Below, in pieces: positions 62,131-64,000 of a DNA stretch of 64,000 nt. The notes under the pieces were generated by a model. The model had not been told where the DNA came from. It saw nothing but the letters and a program-made list of their open reading frames with translations, and did no database searches. A program made the translations under genes and the position numbers. This DNA comes from Felis catus (taxonomy: Eukaryota): the NCBI RefSeq assembly GCF_018350175.1, contig NC_058383.1:13456001-13520000 (forward strand), read 5' to 3'. Positions within the stretch are counted from its first letter, which is position 1; each line of letters opens with the position of its first letter.

Positions 62131-63569
62131 AATTTATTTCATCTGTTCAGTAGTGGAGTGCAAAGAAAGTCGTTGTGATTAGACGGTCACTTTGTACACA
62201 TTCCCGCCACCCTTGTGTCTCCCTGTGTGCAGCCTATTCCCTTCTGTTAGTGGCCCCAAATCCGCTTCCCAGAGCAACAGCTGGTGTTCAGGGAGTTTGG
62301 CGGCTTCGCCTAGCAGACAGGGCGAGGAGCGTAAGTTAACATAGTCCGTTACGCAGCCAACTGAGTCAGGCCTTGATGGTGTCCTGCTCGGCAATGGAAA
62401 TCTCTCACATTCCTCATGTTGGTTACATCTCTCTTCTGTCCGACCCAAAGTGTGAAAAAATGGAAATTAATAAAAAGGGGAATGATTTTCTTTAGATCAT
62501 CAGAAATTGTCTTCTTCTGAGATTTTCTGAATATTGTAGTGATGTCTCTTATCCCCAGGGGTGGTGGTTTCACCCCAGGAGATTGCTTCCGACACCAGCT
62601 GTGAGAGGTATACTGCCTGCCTCCTGCAGGAGGGTGACTGAGCACTTTGGGGTTCAGGGTGCATCCGGGGGAGTGGAACAGATGCCAGAGTAGTCTCCCC
62701 TTGGGTAATGTCTCACCTGATGCAGCCTGTCTCCTCTCTTATGTTTCAGTTGAGATTCCTCTTAAGCTCCCATTTCCCCACCATTCATAAAGGGTCTGTA
62801 AATTATTTAAGGGAAGGAAACACAGCCTTTATCCCTTTGGATTTTTCTCCTCGAGCATATGAATCTTTTCTCTGAGCATACACACATGGCCCAGACTCAC
62901 TGTCAGGGGAGATGTAATGCCAGCATCTGGTGTTAATATCTATTGTTGACATTTTGGGAATGAGAACATGAGCTATTAGGGAAGATGTTTGCTTGTACCT
63001 AATTAATGTCCCGATGTATCCCCTCTTGTTGTCAGCGTTGCCTCACCATCCAGCCTTGGCATTTTCTTTTACTGGCTAACTTTAAAAGTTAATTATTTCT
63101 CTGTTGGATGTTAAATGCCACCGTTTTTTTTAATGCCGTTCCTCCATGTGAATTATTAGTTATCAAAAATCAAAAACTGATCTGCACAATTATCAACTCT
63201 TTACCTAAAGGCAGTGTTCTTGCGGATCATTCTTCTCAAGTGCGAGAGCATCTGCTGTGATATCTGGCAACACGGATCTCTCCAGCAGATGTTGACTTCT
63301 TACTCACCCCTGGCCAGCCTTCCTGGTGTGGAACAGGTACAAAGTCCCGGTACATCCCATCCAATAGAAGCAGTCGCGGATGCAGCCAAATCTTCCAGAC
63401 TCATTTTGCTTGAATCTCAAATAACTGTTGAAACTCATTTGGCAACTCCAGTAAATACGGACAGAAGTGAGGGAACGCCAGATAGCCCGATGCCCTCAGA
63501 GCTCTTACGAAACGTATGTCTTGGTGGGAAATTGTGCCTTTCTTTATGTGAGGTTGGTTTGTAAAAACA

Positions 63570-63712
63570 GTAGAAATCATTGCTAATAGCTACTGAGTGC
63601 TTTTACCTTGTGCCAGGCTTTGTTACTAGCTTTTCACATGGATTATCTAAGCTAATCCTCTGGACAACCCTGTGAAGTGAAATATTACTATTCCCAACTT
63701 TAAGCTCAGCTG
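63570..63712 (-). mobile_element. MIR fragment
   Basis: TACTGAGTGCTT...TGTGCCAGGC...TAATCCTC...ACAACCCTGTGAAGT...TATTACTATTCCCA. Confidence 0.7.
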
Positions 63713-63789
63713 ACTCAAGTCAGTTACCATCATCTCATGGCTGGTTACTGGTGGGCCAGGAGCCTGTTCTCATTCCCTGCAGCACAGTG

Positions 63790-64000
63790 ACGGTGTCCAG
63801 GATGGTGGCCACGAATCACATGTGGTCACTGAGCGCCTTAATGGGGCAAGTCCAAACTGAGGTGTGCCGAGTACTCGAGGACCCGGTATAAGAAAGTTGC
63901 ATAAAGTAGGTCCTTCTTAACGCATTTGTGTCAGTTACCTGTCAGATGGTAAGAATTTGGATATGTCGAGTTAAATGTATTATCAAGACCGATTCTGTCT
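63790..64000 (+). mobile_element. MER33 (hAT-Charlie), runs off the window end
   Basis: TGTCCAGGATGGTGGCCAC...CACATGTGGTCACTGAGC...AGTCCAAACTGAGGTGTGC...TTTGGATATGTCGAGTTAAA. Confidence 0.7.

Noticed and set aside
63214..63564. 116-aa ORF with a nearby acceptor-like AAAG
   Set aside because: Peptide not recognisable and splice signals weak.

Overview
This is non-coding mammalian genomic DNA from a felid, most likely cat or a close relative, judged by 13 tRNA-derived CanSINEs of mostly feline SINEC_Fc type and young feline L1 3' ends. I found no protein-coding exon I could recognise. The only ORFs with recognisable protein sequence are L1 ORF2 C-terminal fragments. L1 fragments lie mostly on the minus strand and long T-tracts lie on the plus strand, which suggests a large intron of an unidentified plus-strand gene (inference). 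The window holds SINEs, L1s, old L2/MIR/MLT1 remnants, DNA-transposon MITEs (MER104, MER3, MER33, MER96, MER112-like), microsatellites and several repeat-free TAAT-rich blocks that look like enhancers. The most notable structure is a cluster of non-coding-RNA retrocopies within 4 kb, each with its own target-site duplication (TSD): a tailless 5' half of tRNA-Gly(TCC) (20906-20942), a tailless 5' fragment of 5S rRNA (21683-21724), and a U6 snRNA fused to about 115 nt of unidentified sequence plus a decayed poly(A) tail (24679-24885). Tailless retrocopies and U6 chimeras are known classes, so I cannot support a new biological system here. Repeat family names come from recalled consensus sequences, and boundaries of old repeats are approximate.
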